From contig JBOHTH010000114.1 of NCBI GenBank assembly GCA_050733535.1, forward strand, positions 1 through 55,575: a stretch of DNA of 55,575 nucleotides, in the 5' to 3' direction. Made by a program: the position numbers and the translations under genes. The notes below the pieces were generated by a model. That model was not told the DNA's origin. It ran no database searches and worked only from the letters and a program-made list of their open reading frames with translations. Position 1 is the stretch's first letter. Each line of letters starts with the position of its first letter. Origin of the DNA: Gemmatimonadaceae bacterium. GTDB lineage: Bacteria; Gemmatimonadota; Gemmatimonadetes; Gemmatimonadales; Gemmatimonadaceae. Below are positions 44,347 through 53,229 of the stretch, piece by piece.

Positions 44347-44709
44347 TTGTCTCGTGAATACGAGGCGGTGTACATCTTCGACTCTGCGCTCGAAGACGCC
44401 GCCATCAACGACAAGATCGCGAAGTTTCATGGGCTTCTGGGTTCAACTCAGGAGATCAAGCTCGACCACTGGGGTCGCCGCCAGCTCGCGTACAAGATCG
44501 GAACGCGCGAGACAGGCTACTACGTGGTCGCCCGCTTTCACGCCGAGTCGAAGACGCTTCCCGAGTTCGAGCGCGCGCTCAAGCTCGATGACGGCGTCGT
44601 TCGCTATCTGATCTCGGTGCACGAGCACGAGCTCGGTGCGCCGCCAATGACCGAAGAGCAGCTGGCCGCTCGCAAACAGGGAGACGATGACGATGACGAT
44701 GAGGACTGA
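44347..44709 (+). CDS. rpsF: 30S ribosomal protein S6
   Basis: Contains [18 protein letters not shown] and an acidic D-rich tail. The TTG start is preceded by AGGAGG. Confidence 0.9.
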   Translation: MSREYEAVYIFDSALEDAAINDKIAKFHGLLGSTQEIKLDHWGRRQLAYKIGTRETGYYVVARFHAESKTLPEFERALKLDDGVVRYLISVHEHELGAPPMTEEQLAARKQGDDDDDDED

Positions 44710-44713
44710 CACG

Positions 44714-44935
44714 ATGCGGCGGACCAAGAAGTCGTGTCCGATCACCGAGGCGGGGATCCGCTTCGTGGACTACAAGGACGAACGCCTTCTCGCCCGCTTT
44801 ATCACGGACAACGGCAAGATCCTTCCCAGCCGCCTGAGCGGCGTGGATGCCCGTCACCAGCGCCAGCTCGCCAAGGCCATCAAGAAGGCCCGCTATCTGG
44901 CACTGCTGCCGTACACCCGCGGGGCTCAGACGTAA
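44714..44935 (+). CDS. rpsR: 30S ribosomal protein S18
   Basis: Contains [20 protein letters not shown]...GKILP.R..G.....QR.L..AIK.AR..ALLPY. I chose the ATG at 44714, just after the rpsF stop. Confidence 0.9.
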   Translation: MRRTKKSCPITEAGIRFVDYKDERLLARFITDNGKILPSRLSGVDARHQRQLAKAIKKARYLALLPYTRGAQT

Positions 44936-44953
44936 GCTGGACAACCAAGTACG

Positions 44954-45991
44954 ATGACCCACGTCGCCTCCGAGTCACCCACTCCGGCGGATCGCGAGCG
45001 GGGATGGTGGCGCCTGGGGCTGGCCACGCTGCTGTTCCTGTTCGCGCCGGCGATCCCGATGCTGCGGATCCTTCTGCCGGTGGATCAGGTGGTGGTGCTC
45101 ATCGCGCCGGCGATCGCAGCGTGTGCGGTGGCGGGATGGTGGGCCGGCGGGCGCCTGCCGCTGGCGCTCGCGTGGGTCGCGATCGCGGGCTGGGTGCTGG
45201 TGATGTTCAGCGCGTCGGCGGGATCGTTTGGCTACCTCGTGTGCGGGTGGTCGGTGCTGCTTGCGGCAACGTTCGCGGCGCAAGTGATCTTCACCCGGCG
45301 CGAGGGAGCGCGGCCGTTATCGCCGCAAGCGTTCGCGACGATCGCGGTGACGCTCGTGCTCGCCGCGGGTGCGACGTTCGCGACCAAGCAGGGACCGGCT
45401 ACGATCGTGCAGATGGTGTCGACCGAAGCATCGAAGCGCAGTGAGCAATCGATCGCTGAGTGGCATCAGGCCACGTCATCGAAGGAGTGGATGGATTTCT
45501 TCGCGAGCAAGCCGGATGCGAAGACGATCATCGACGGGATGGAGTCGCAGTTCGAAGCGGCTCCCGCTGTGGCCGCGACCCTCTTTCCGTCGCTCGTCGC
45601 ACTCGAGTCGCTGATTGCGCTCGCCATCGCGTGGGCGCTGTACCATCGGATGGGACGCGAAAGGCTGGGACCGCCGCTCGCAAGGCTGAGGGATTTCCGG
45701 TTCAGCGATCAGTTCGTATGGGGGCTGGTTGCGGGACTGGCGCTGGTCGTGGTGCCGGGGTTCGCGCCGATCAGTGCGGTCGGGGCGAACCTGTTGGTGT
45801 TCTTCGGCGCGCTGTACGCGCTGCGCGGCGTCGGCGTGGGTCTCTGGTTCTTGTCACCGGGCCCCATCATGATGACGTTTTTGATCGTGTTCGCGCTGGT
45901 GTTTCCCCCCGTGCTGGGCGTGCTGGGCGTGGGGCTTGGAGTCGGGGATACGTGGATCAACTGGCGCGCCCGGGCCAGGCCGAAAACCTAA
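44954..45991 (+). CDS. polytopic membrane protein, DUF2232 (YybS)-like
   Basis: About 8 TM helices. Its position between rpsR and rplI mirrors yybS in Firmicutes. The C-terminal segment is GVLGVGLGVGDTWINWR. Confidence 0.45.
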   Translation: MTHVASESPTPADRERGWWRLGLATLLFLFAPAIPMLRILLPVDQVVVLIAPAIAACAVAGWWAGGRLPLALAWVAIAGWVLVMFSASAGSFGYLVCGWSVLLAATFAAQVIFTRREGARPLSPQAFATIAVTLVLAAGATFATKQGPATIVQMVSTEASKRSEQSIAEWHQATSSKEWMDFFASKPDAKTIIDGMESQFEAAPAVAATLFPSLVALESLIALAIAWALYHRMGRERLGPPLARLRDFRFSDQFVWGLVAGLALVVVPGFAPISAVGANLLVFFGALYALRGVGVGLWFLSPGPIMMTFLIVFALVFPPVLGVLGVGLGVGDTWINWRARARPKT

Positions 45992-46006
45992 CGATCGAGG
46001 ATTACA

Positions 46007-46450
46007 ATGGAAGTCATTCTGCGGCAGGCGGTCGACAAGCTCGGACATCCGGGCGATATCGTGAAAGTCTCAGCGGGATATGCGCGCAACTTCCTGCTGC
46101 CGCGCGGCGTCGCGTACGAGGCGACGGCGGGCAACAAGAAGCGCATTGCGCAGGAGAAGGATCGGCTCCAGGCGGCCGAGAATGCCCGCGTCGCGTCGGC
46201 GCAGGAATTCGCCGCGAAGCTCGAGCAGGTCTCGCTGACCTTCTCGGCGCGCGTCGGTGACGAGGGCAAACTCTTCGGCTCCGTCACACCGGCGGATATC
46301 GCCGAGCAGCTCAAGGCCCAGGGCCTCGACGTCGAGAAGCGGATGATCGACCTGCACGAGCCGATCCGCGCGCTCGGGGTGTACAAGGTGCCGATCAAGC
46401 TCCACGCCGATGTGAAGCCCGAGATCAAGGTCTGGGTCATCAAGGCGTAG
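46007..46450 (+). CDS. rplI: 50S ribosomal protein L9
   Basis: Contains MEVILRQAVDKLGHPGDIVKVSAGYARNFLLPRG. Confidence 0.95.
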   Translation: MEVILRQAVDKLGHPGDIVKVSAGYARNFLLPRGVAYEATAGNKKRIAQEKDRLQAAENARVASAQEFAAKLEQVSLTFSARVGDEGKLFGSVTPADIAEQLKAQGLDVEKRMIDLHEPIRALGVYKVPIKLHADVKPEIKVWVIKA

Positions 46451-46457
46451 CCAGTCA

Positions 46458-46601
46458 GGCTCACAGCTTGCCGCTCACGGCTTGCTGCTCACAGCTTGAA
46501 TCCACAAAGCCTGCAGCTCAAAGCTTCCTCGCGGAAGCCATGGGCTGCAGGCTTTGTGGACTAAGCTGTGAGCGGCAACCTGTGAGCGGTTAGCCGTGAG
46601 C
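46458..46601. repeat. long imperfect palindrome (~58-nt arms) built from GCTCACAGCTT/GCTCACGGCTT words
   Basis: The left arm is gctcacagcttgccgctcacggcttgctgctcacagcttgaatccacaaagcctgcagc. The reverse complement of the right arm is gctcacggctaaccgctcacaggttgccgctcacagcttagtccacaaagcctgcagc. There is an inner hairpin gcttcc-tcgc-ggaagc. It begins 8 nt after the rplI stop. Confidence 0.85.
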
Positions 46602-46706
46602 TGAACTCACCATCCGGCGGCTAAACCGTTATTGTTGCACTCGACGGAACTTTCGCTGTTAGCGCGTCTACTATCTGACAAGTCCAAGAGTCATCCCCCG
46701 CCCCAC

Positions 46707-47072
46707 ATGGAGTCGACTCCGGTTAATAACGACGTGACCACTCTCGCCCGCCGCGCCGCGGCGATCTGCGCCGACAACAAAGCCAGCGATGTCGTATTGC
46801 TCGACCTGCATGGCGTGACGGACATGACCGACTACTTCATCGTCGCTTCCGGAACGTCGGACACGCATGTTCGCAGCGTCGCCCAGCACGTCGTCGAGAC
46901 GCTCGCGAAAGACGGCGTTCGCGCGCATTCGGTCGAGGGATTGTCGCAAGGGCGCTGGGTATTGCTCGACTACGTCGATTTCGTCGTGCACGTGTTTCAT
47001 CCGTCGCTGCGCTCGTTCTACCAACTCGAGCGGCTCTGGGGCGATGCCCCGGCCCTCGCCGTCTCGCCCTGA
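46707..47072 (+). CDS. rsfS: ribosome silencing factor RsfS (iojap)
   Basis: Contains DVVLLDL....DMTDYFIVASGTSDTHVRS, W.LLDY.DFVVHVF and R.FY.LE.LW motifs. Confidence 0.9.
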   Translation: MESTPVNNDVTTLARRAAAICADNKASDVVLLDLHGVTDMTDYFIVASGTSDTHVRSVAQHVVETLAKDGVRAHSVEGLSQGRWVLLDYVDFVVHVFHPSLRSFYQLERLWGDAPALAVSP

Positions 47073-47085
47073 GGGGGCTCTGCTG

Positions 47086-50000
47086 ATGCGCACGCGTCGC
47101 GATCTTCTCCGCTCGCTCTCCGCCGCCGTCTTTGCTGGCGCCCTGCTGTTCGGCGCGTCTGTCGCCGGCGCGCAGGGTTACTACGGACAGAATCAGGTGC
47201 AGTACCAGCAGTTCGACTGGCGTGTCCTGCGCACCGAGCACTTCGACGTGCACTACTACCCGCAAGAGGCCGCCGGCGCGAAGATCGCCGCGCGCATGGC
47301 CGAACGCTCGTACGCCCGCCTCTCGCGCGTGCTCAACTACACGTTCAAGGAGCGCAAGCCGATCGTCATCTTCGCGTCGCGCGGGGACTTTGCGCAGAGC
47401 AATGTCTTCGGCGATCTCGGCGAGGGCACCGGCGGCGTCACCGACTTCCTGCACCAGAGCGCCACGTTCTTCCTCGAGATGGATCTCTCGGAGACCGAGC
47501 ACGTGATGACGCACGAAATGGTGCACCAGTTCCAGTATGATGTCTTCTCGCGCGGTCACGCCGGCAACGGCATCGAGTCGCTCGCGCAGACGCAGCCGCC
47601 GGGATGGTACATGGAAGGCATGGCCGAGTACCTCTCCATCGGCCCAAATCACCCGGCGGACGAAGCGATTATCCGGGACGCAGCGCTGAACGGCAACCTT
47701 CCCGCCATCAAGGCGACCGAGAACGGACCCGTCCAGTACCTGGATTACCGCTTCGGAGAATCGTTCTGGCGCTTCATCGGCCAGCGCTGGGGCGACGAGA
47801 TCATCGGCGAGATCCTCGCGTCGACGCCGACGCTCGGCATCGACCGCGCCTTCAAGCGCCATACCGGCTTCGACCTCTCCGAGCTCAACGACGAGTGGAA
47901 GGAGACGATGCAGACCACGTACCTGCCGGGCATCGCCAACCTCGACCGGCCGCGCAAGGTGGCGCAGCCGCTGCTCAATGAGAAGCGCACCGGCGGCGTC
48001 ATCCCCGTCTACGTCGCGCCGGCGTTCTCCCCCAACGGCCGGCAGATCGCCTACATCTCGAGTGGCAGCCTGCTGCGCGCGGAGGTCTTCCTCGACCTGT
48101 ACCTCGCCGACGCGACCACCGGCAAGCGGATCAAGCGCCTCACCCACAGCGCGCTCAATCCGGAGTTCGAAGAACTCCGCTACGCATATTCGCAAAGCGC
48201 GTTCTCACCGGACGGCCGGATCCTCGCGTTCACCGCACAGACCGGCGGCAAGGACGTCATCTATCTCGAGAACGTGAAAAATCTCGACATCGAACGCCGC
48301 CTCGACACGGGCCTCGACGGGATGATCGGACCGACGTTCTCACCCGACGGTAAGCAGATAATTTTCAGCGGTGCGAAGGGCGGGTTCACGAACCTGTACA
48401 AGATCGACGCCGACGGCCGGAACTTGCAGCAGATCACCACGGGAGACTGGGCCGCGTTGATGCCGGCATGGTCCCCCGACGGGCGCCGCGTCGCGTTCGT
48501 GAGCGATCGCGGGCCGAACACCGATTTCCAGACGCTCAAGTTCGGCAAGTGGGAGATCAACGTCCTCGACCTGCAAACCGGCAACATCGACGTCATCCCC
48601 GGCCAGGGCGGAAAGAACATCAATCCGCAGTGGGCGCCCGACGGCAAGTCGCTCGCCTACGTCAGCGACCGCACCGGGATCGCGCAGCTCTTCATCTATG
48701 ACTTCGACGCCAAGGAGCACTACCAGATCACGAAGTTCATCGGCGGCGTGCAGTCGATGACGGAGAACTCGCCGGCCATCACGTGGGCGCGGCAAGCCGA
48801 CAAGATCGCGTTCACCTTCATGGACGACGGCCAGTACACCATCTGGACGCTGTCCAATCCGCGGCAGCTCAAGAAAGAGCCGTACCGCGAGCCGCCCAAG
48901 GTCACCGTCGTCGCGCAGATGACGCCGGCCGATTCGGCCGTGCAGCGCGCATCACAGGCCGCCGCAGCGATCGACGCAATCGCGCGCGAGCAGGAGGCAA
49001 AGGCCAATCCGCCCGCCGCTGCGCAGCCGGACAGCATGCGGGGGCGTCGCGTCTCGGTGTATCGCGGGCCATCCGGACTCCGCGCGTCGGATGAACTCCC
49101 TGCGGCGGGTCAGCCGGGCTCCGAGTCCCCGGTCTCCGTCGCGGCGCTGCTCGACAGCACCGCGCTGGCACTCCCGAATCCGGCAACGTTCACCGATGAG
49201 CCGTACAAAGCAACGCTCAAGCCGATCGGCGTCCAGCGCCCATCCATCGGATACGCCCAGGACAACTATGGCCAGGGCATATTTGGAGGGACGGGCATCA
49301 TCTTCGGCGACCTGCTCGGCAATCGTCAACTCACCACGGCGGCGGCGATCAACGGACGCGTCGACGAGGCGCAGCTGCTCGTCGACTATGTCAGCCTCTC
49401 GCACCGCCTGAGCTGGTCGGCAGGCTTTCAGCAGCAGCCCTACTTCTTCCTCGCGGGCGCTGCGCAGGGCGCGCTGCCCTCCAATGAGTATCAGGTTTCC
49501 GAGGAGCTCGACCGCTTCATCATTCGGTCGGCGTTCTTCACCTCGATCTACCCACGCAACCGCTTCCAGCGATTCGAAATCGGTGCGTCTGCCACCAACA
49601 TCGACCGGTCTGCCGAGTTCGTGAGCGAGATCGCCGATCTCAACTCGGGGTACACCACCGGCTTCTACGTCGACAGCATCAAGGGAACCGGCGCGTTCGA
49701 CTTCGCGTCGCCATACGTCGCGTACGTGTCGGACAACGCCCTGTTCAACGGCACCGGCACCGGCATCTACGGCCACCGTTATCGCTACCAGGTCGGGACA
49801 AACCTCGGCACGCAGAACTGGATGAGCTACATGGCCGACCTCAGGCGCTACGACGCCATCATCTTCAGCTACCTGACGATCGCCACACATCTGTACGCGA
49901 ACGTGAACGTCGGCAGCGGCGAGACGCTCTTCCCGCAGTACCTCGCCAACCCCTATGCCCCCAGCTACGTGCGAGGGTACGATCGCGAACAGTATTTGCA

Positions 50001-50397
50001 GTCGAATTGCGGTGCGGCGGGCACCACCACGGTCGGCGTGACGTCCGCGTGCTCGTCGCAGCAACTGCTCGGCAGCAGGACGGTCGCCGCCAGCGTGGAA
50101 CTCCGAGTCCCGCTCATCCGGCGCTTCGACCTCGGGTTCATCCCGCTCTCGATGCCGCCGATCGACGGAGAAGTCTTCTACGACGCCGGAATGGCGTGGT
50201 CGGGGGGCCAGTCGATCTCGCTCACGCGACCGGGGAACTATGACCCGAGCACGATGCGCTATCCGCTGCGCAGCTTCGGCTACGGAATCCGGATCAACGT
50301 GTTCAACATCGCGCTCGTGAAACTCGACTACGCCATTCCCCATGACTCGTTCGACAGCAAGGGCTACTGGTGGTGGTCGATCGGGCAAGCGTTCTGA
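47086..50397 (+). CDS. large outer-membrane protein: HExxH metallopeptidase-like domain, PD40/TolB-like beta-propeller and C-terminal Omp85/surface-antigen-like beta-barrel
   Basis: The signal peptide ends VAGAQG. Contains HVMTHEMVHQF (HExxH). At least four PD40 repeats are present (FSPNGRQIAY, FSPDGRILAF, FSPDGKQIIF, WSPDGRRVAF, WAPDGKSLAY). The C-terminal barrel ends SIGQAF, with a terminal aromatic residue. The ATG is at 47086. Confidence 0.65.
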   Translation: MRTRRDLLRSLSAAVFAGALLFGASVAGAQGYYGQNQVQYQQFDWRVLRTEHFDVHYYPQEAAGAKIAARMAERSYARLSRVLNYTFKERKPIVIFASRGDFAQSNVFGDLGEGTGGVTDFLHQSATFFLEMDLSETEHVMTHEMVHQFQYDVFSRGHAGNGIESLAQTQPPGWYMEGMAEYLSIGPNHPADEAIIRDAALNGNLPAIKATENGPVQYLDYRFGESFWRFIGQRWGDEIIGEILASTPTLGIDRAFKRHTGFDLSELNDEWKETMQTTYLPGIANLDRPRKVAQPLLNEKRTGGVIPVYVAPAFSPNGRQIAYISSGSLLRAEVFLDLYLADATTGKRIKRLTHSALNPEFEELRYAYSQSAFSPDGRILAFTAQTGGKDVIYLENVKNLDIERRLDTGLDGMIGPTFSPDGKQIIFSGAKGGFTNLYKIDADGRNLQQITTGDWAALMPAWSPDGRRVAFVSDRGPNTDFQTLKFGKWEINVLDLQTGNIDVIPGQGGKNINPQWAPDGKSLAYVSDRTGIAQLFIYDFDAKEHYQITKFIGGVQSMTENSPAITWARQADKIAFTFMDDGQYTIWTLSNPRQLKKEPYREPPKVTVVAQMTPADSAVQRASQAAAAIDAIAREQEAKANPPAAAQPDSMRGRRVSVYRGPSGLRASDELPAAGQPGSESPVSVAALLDSTALALPNPATFTDEPYKATLKPIGVQRPSIGYAQDNYGQGIFGGTGIIFGDLLGNRQLTTAAAINGRVDEAQLLVDYVSLSHRLSWSAGFQQQPYFFLAGAAQGALPSNEYQVSEELDRFIIRSAFFTSIYPRNRFQRFEIGASATNIDRSAEFVSEIADLNSGYTTGFYVDSIKGTGAFDFASPYVAYVSDNALFNGTGTGIYGHRYRYQVGTNLGTQNWMSYMADLRRYDAIIFSYLTIATHLYANVNVGSGETLFPQYLANPYAPSYVRGYDREQYLQSNCGAAGTTTVGVTSACSSQQLLGSRTVAASVELRVPLIRRFDLGFIPLSMPPIDGEVFYDAGMAWSGGQSISLTRPGNYDPSTMRYPLRSFGYGIRINVFNIALVKLDYAIPHDSFDSKGYWWWSIGQAF

Positions 50398-50416
50398 CGG
50401 CCCGTTAGTTTGCGGG

Positions 50417-51940
50417 GTGCGCTACCCGCTCATTCTCGCCCTTGCCGCCACGCTCGGCGCGTGCTCTCACGGCACGCCGGGCTCGCACCCTCCGCTCCCG
50501 GGCGGCACCAACGGGCCTGACGCCATCCTGCTCAGGCTCGTGAGCGGCGGCGGGACCGCGAAGGCGTACCGCTGGAACTCCGACTCCGTTCTCTGGTCGT
50601 CACCGCAGCGCGTGCCCGCGGTCTCGGAGGCGCTTGCGTTCGACGACGGGCAGGGCTCGCTCGCCTACGTTGACTCGCGCGGTGAACCCGGCCGCCTCGA
50701 CCTGCGCGTCGGAAGCGCGTCAGCGGCGGCGACCACCCCGCTGACCGATCTCACGAGCGTGGACGGGTGGGCGATCTACGGGATCACCCCCAAGCACGAA
50801 GTGAGCCGCCTGACGCCGAGCGGCACCTGGACGTTCAGTCCAAGTCCACGTGCGCGCGGGCTCCTTCCGCTCCCTGACGGATCGCTCGTGCTGTTGACTG
50901 ACGCCGGCAACCGGCACGACCTTCGCCGCCTGCACCCGCCGGAGCCACGCATCACCGAGACGACGTCGGTCCCTCACGCGGACCTCGTCGTGCGGACCGA
51001 TCTCGGCGACCGGCTCTTTTTCATCGGCGACTCCGGCGTCACGGGCGTGCGCACACGCGACCTGACGCGTACCAAGAACATCCGTCTCTCCGGCCACGCC
51101 GTGGACGCGGTGGCCACGCCGAGCGGCGACCGGATTTTCGTCGCGCTCAAGGGCAAGAAGTCGGTCACCGTGATCGACCGATTCAAAGAGGCGGTCGACG
51201 GCACGATCGACACCGACGAGCCCGTCATCGCGCTCCGCATGGACCCTGACGGCCGCTACCTGCTTGCGCGGACCAGTGATGGCGACTCGATCCGCATTAT
51301 CGCGATCGGCACCGCACGCACGATCGGCGCGGTCCGCTCGCGCTGGCGCGCCGACCTTCCGCTCGTCGGGCCGGACGGCGGGATCGCGGTGCTCCAGGAC
51401 AGCGACGTGGTAATCCTGGACGCCGAATCGCATCGGGAGCGGACGCGCTTCCTCGGCGGCGCGTCGGATCTCTGGGCGCTCGTTCGCTGGAACGGATTCC
51501 GGCCGCGCGCCAAGGGACTCGACGTGCCGGTGGTCTTCGACGCGGACTCCGATTCCACCGCGATCGACAGCATTGCCGCGGACAGCGCGCGCGCGGCGCT
51601 CGCCGCCGCGGCATCCGCAGCGGCAGGCTCGGCAGTGCGTCCGCCTGCAGCATCGTCGGCCGCGCCGCCGGCGGGGAACCCGGCGCAGCGACCGATCATC
51701 GGCGCTCCCGTCCACGGCACCTTCACGCTTTCGTTCGCCGCGCTCCTGTCCCCGGACCGTGCGCGGACACTCGCGGCTTCGATTACCGTGGACGGACACA
51801 CCGCGCGCGTCGTGCCCGGCGTCAGCGGCGGCGTTCCGATTTACCGTGTGGTGTACGGGCCGTACGACACCAAGGAGGACGCCGATCGCGCCGGCAAGCG
51901 CACAGGCCTTCCCTATTGGGTGTACGAGGGCGCGCCGTGA
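50417..51940 (+). CDS. lipoprotein with a beta-propeller-like body and a C-terminal SPOR (septal peptidoglycan-binding) domain
   Basis: The GTG at 50417 gives MRYPLILALAATLGAC (lipobox). The C-terminus FTLSFAALLSPDRARTLAASITVDGHTARVV....GGVPIYRVVYGPYDTKEDADRA fits the SPOR pattern. Confidence 0.55.
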   Translation: MRYPLILALAATLGACSHGTPGSHPPLPGGTNGPDAILLRLVSGGGTAKAYRWNSDSVLWSSPQRVPAVSEALAFDDGQGSLAYVDSRGEPGRLDLRVGSASAAATTPLTDLTSVDGWAIYGITPKHEVSRLTPSGTWTFSPSPRARGLLPLPDGSLVLLTDAGNRHDLRRLHPPEPRITETTSVPHADLVVRTDLGDRLFFIGDSGVTGVRTRDLTRTKNIRLSGHAVDAVATPSGDRIFVALKGKKSVTVIDRFKEAVDGTIDTDEPVIALRMDPDGRYLLARTSDGDSIRIIAIGTARTIGAVRSRWRADLPLVGPDGGIAVLQDSDVVILDAESHRERTRFLGGASDLWALVRWNGFRPRAKGLDVPVVFDADSDSTAIDSIAADSARAALAAAASAAAGSAVRPPAASSAAPPAGNPAQRPIIGAPVHGTFTLSFAALLSPDRARTLAASITVDGHTARVVPGVSGGVPIYRVVYGPYDTKEDADRAGKRTGLPYWVYEGAP

Positions 51941-53229
51941 CAGCTCCGCGCCACCCGCGGCAGTCGGCGACGACGTGGTGGGAAGACGAAGGGCGCAGGA
52001 TCGCTGGGCAGCTGCACGAGGTGTCCGCCGCGCTGGTCGTCGGACCAAACGCAGACCATTCGGCGCGCGTCGCACTGGGCATCGCTCGCGCGGAAAGTGA
52101 GCGCCGGCACGTCGCGCTCGGCGATCTCGTCGGCGACCTCGCGCCGCTGTACGCCGTCGCCGGCGGTGAGGACGCGTTCGGCCTGTCCGATTGCCTCCGC
52201 CAGGGGCTTCCGCTCAACGATATTGCGCGGCCGGCGCCGGATCGCGACTCGCTGTTCATTCTCCCGGCAGGCTCACCACCCGTCGCGTGCGAGGAAATCC
52301 TCGGGCACGAACGCTGGCGCAAGCTCGTGAACGGCTTCGCCAAGACCGGCGCGCTCCTCCTGTTGGTCGCGGCGCCGGGAGGGCCGGGATTCGACGCGCT
52401 CGCCGAGGCGACAGGCGGCATCGTGCTGGTCGATGCACAGGCCGCCCGCACCAGGGATCCGCGCGTGCTCGCGGCGGTCTCCGCCGCGCCCGAGGCACGG
52501 CCGACTCCGCGCGCCCCCACGGCTCGCGGCAGCCGCCGCACGATGGCCGTCATCGGCGGCGCCGCGCTTGTCGCAGTCGCCGTCGTGGCGGCGGCGTGGT
52601 CGGCGCGGCACCGCGTGCGGGTCGTGCCGGCTCCGGCGCCGCGTGCCGCGGCACCGGCAGGCGCGCGCACCACTTCGCCGGTCGCACCGCTGCGCGCGGA
52701 CACCGTGCGGCTCGCCGATCCTGTCAACCCCGCGGATACATCCGGCACGACGCCTTTCGCCGTGGAAGTGATGGCGGCAAACACCCTCGCGGGTGCAAAT
52801 TCATATCTCGCCGACCACGCGCGGAGCGCGGTGCTCCGCGGCGCGTCGGTGTCGCCGGTGATCGTCGGCGGATCTGCGAGTCTGTGGTACAGAGTTGTCG
52901 TCGGCGCGTGGCACGTTCGCGCGGGCGCCGACTCGCTCCTCGCCGCGCTGCGGCACGACGGGCTGGTGCGCGGCGACGAGGGACGCGTAGTGCGGGTGCC
53001 GTACGCGCTGTTGATCGCGGACAAGCTGGACAAAACGAAGGCGCTCAGCCTCCACGACGCGTGGCGGCAGCGCGGATTCAACTCATACTTGCTGGTGCAG
53101 GACGACGGAACGATACGCCTGTTCGCGGGCGCGTTCGAGACAGCGGCCCAGGCCGCGTCGCTGGCCGCTGCGCTCCGCGCGGCGCGAGTGGCGCCGGTCC
53201 TCGCATACAGAACCGGGAGAACGTACTAA
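51937..53229 (+). CDS. SPOR-domain protein with a degenerate P-loop (ParA/BY-kinase-like) N-terminal domain
   Basis: The GTG at 51937 forms a GTGA overlap with the upstream stop. The N-domain resembles an ATPase fold without an intact GxxxxGK(S/T) motif. There is one TM helix (AVIGGAALVAVAVVAAAW). The C-terminus has SPOR-like segments (YRVVVGAWHVRAGADSLLAALR; IRLFAGAFETAAQAASLAAALR). Confidence 0.45.
   Translation: MTAPRHPRQSATTWWEDEGRRIAGQLHEVSAALVVGPNADHSARVALGIARAESERRHVALGDLVGDLAPLYAVAGGEDAFGLSDCLRQGLPLNDIARPAPDRDSLFILPAGSPPVACEEILGHERWRKLVNGFAKTGALLLLVAAPGGPGFDALAEATGGIVLVDAQAARTRDPRVLAAVSAAPEARPTPRAPTARGSRRTMAVIGGAALVAVAVVAAAWSARHRVRVVPAPAPRAAAPAGARTTSPVAPLRADTVRLADPVNPADTSGTTPFAVEVMAANTLAGANSYLADHARSAVLRGASVSPVIVGGSASLWYRVVVGAWHVRAGADSLLAALRHDGLVRGDEGRVVRVPYALLIADKLDKTKALSLHDAWRQRGFNSYLLVQDDGTIRLFAGAFETAAQAASLAAALRAARVAPVLAYRTGRTY

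Noticed and set aside
48952-52075. Minus-strand ORFs of 478 aa (48952-50388) and 451 aa (50720-52075), plus 419 aa at 51822-53081.
   Set aside because: They are antisense to the Omp85-fusion and SPOR genes. The sequences are Arg/Gly/Asp-rich with no signal peptides or motifs, which is typical of high-GC shadow ORFs.
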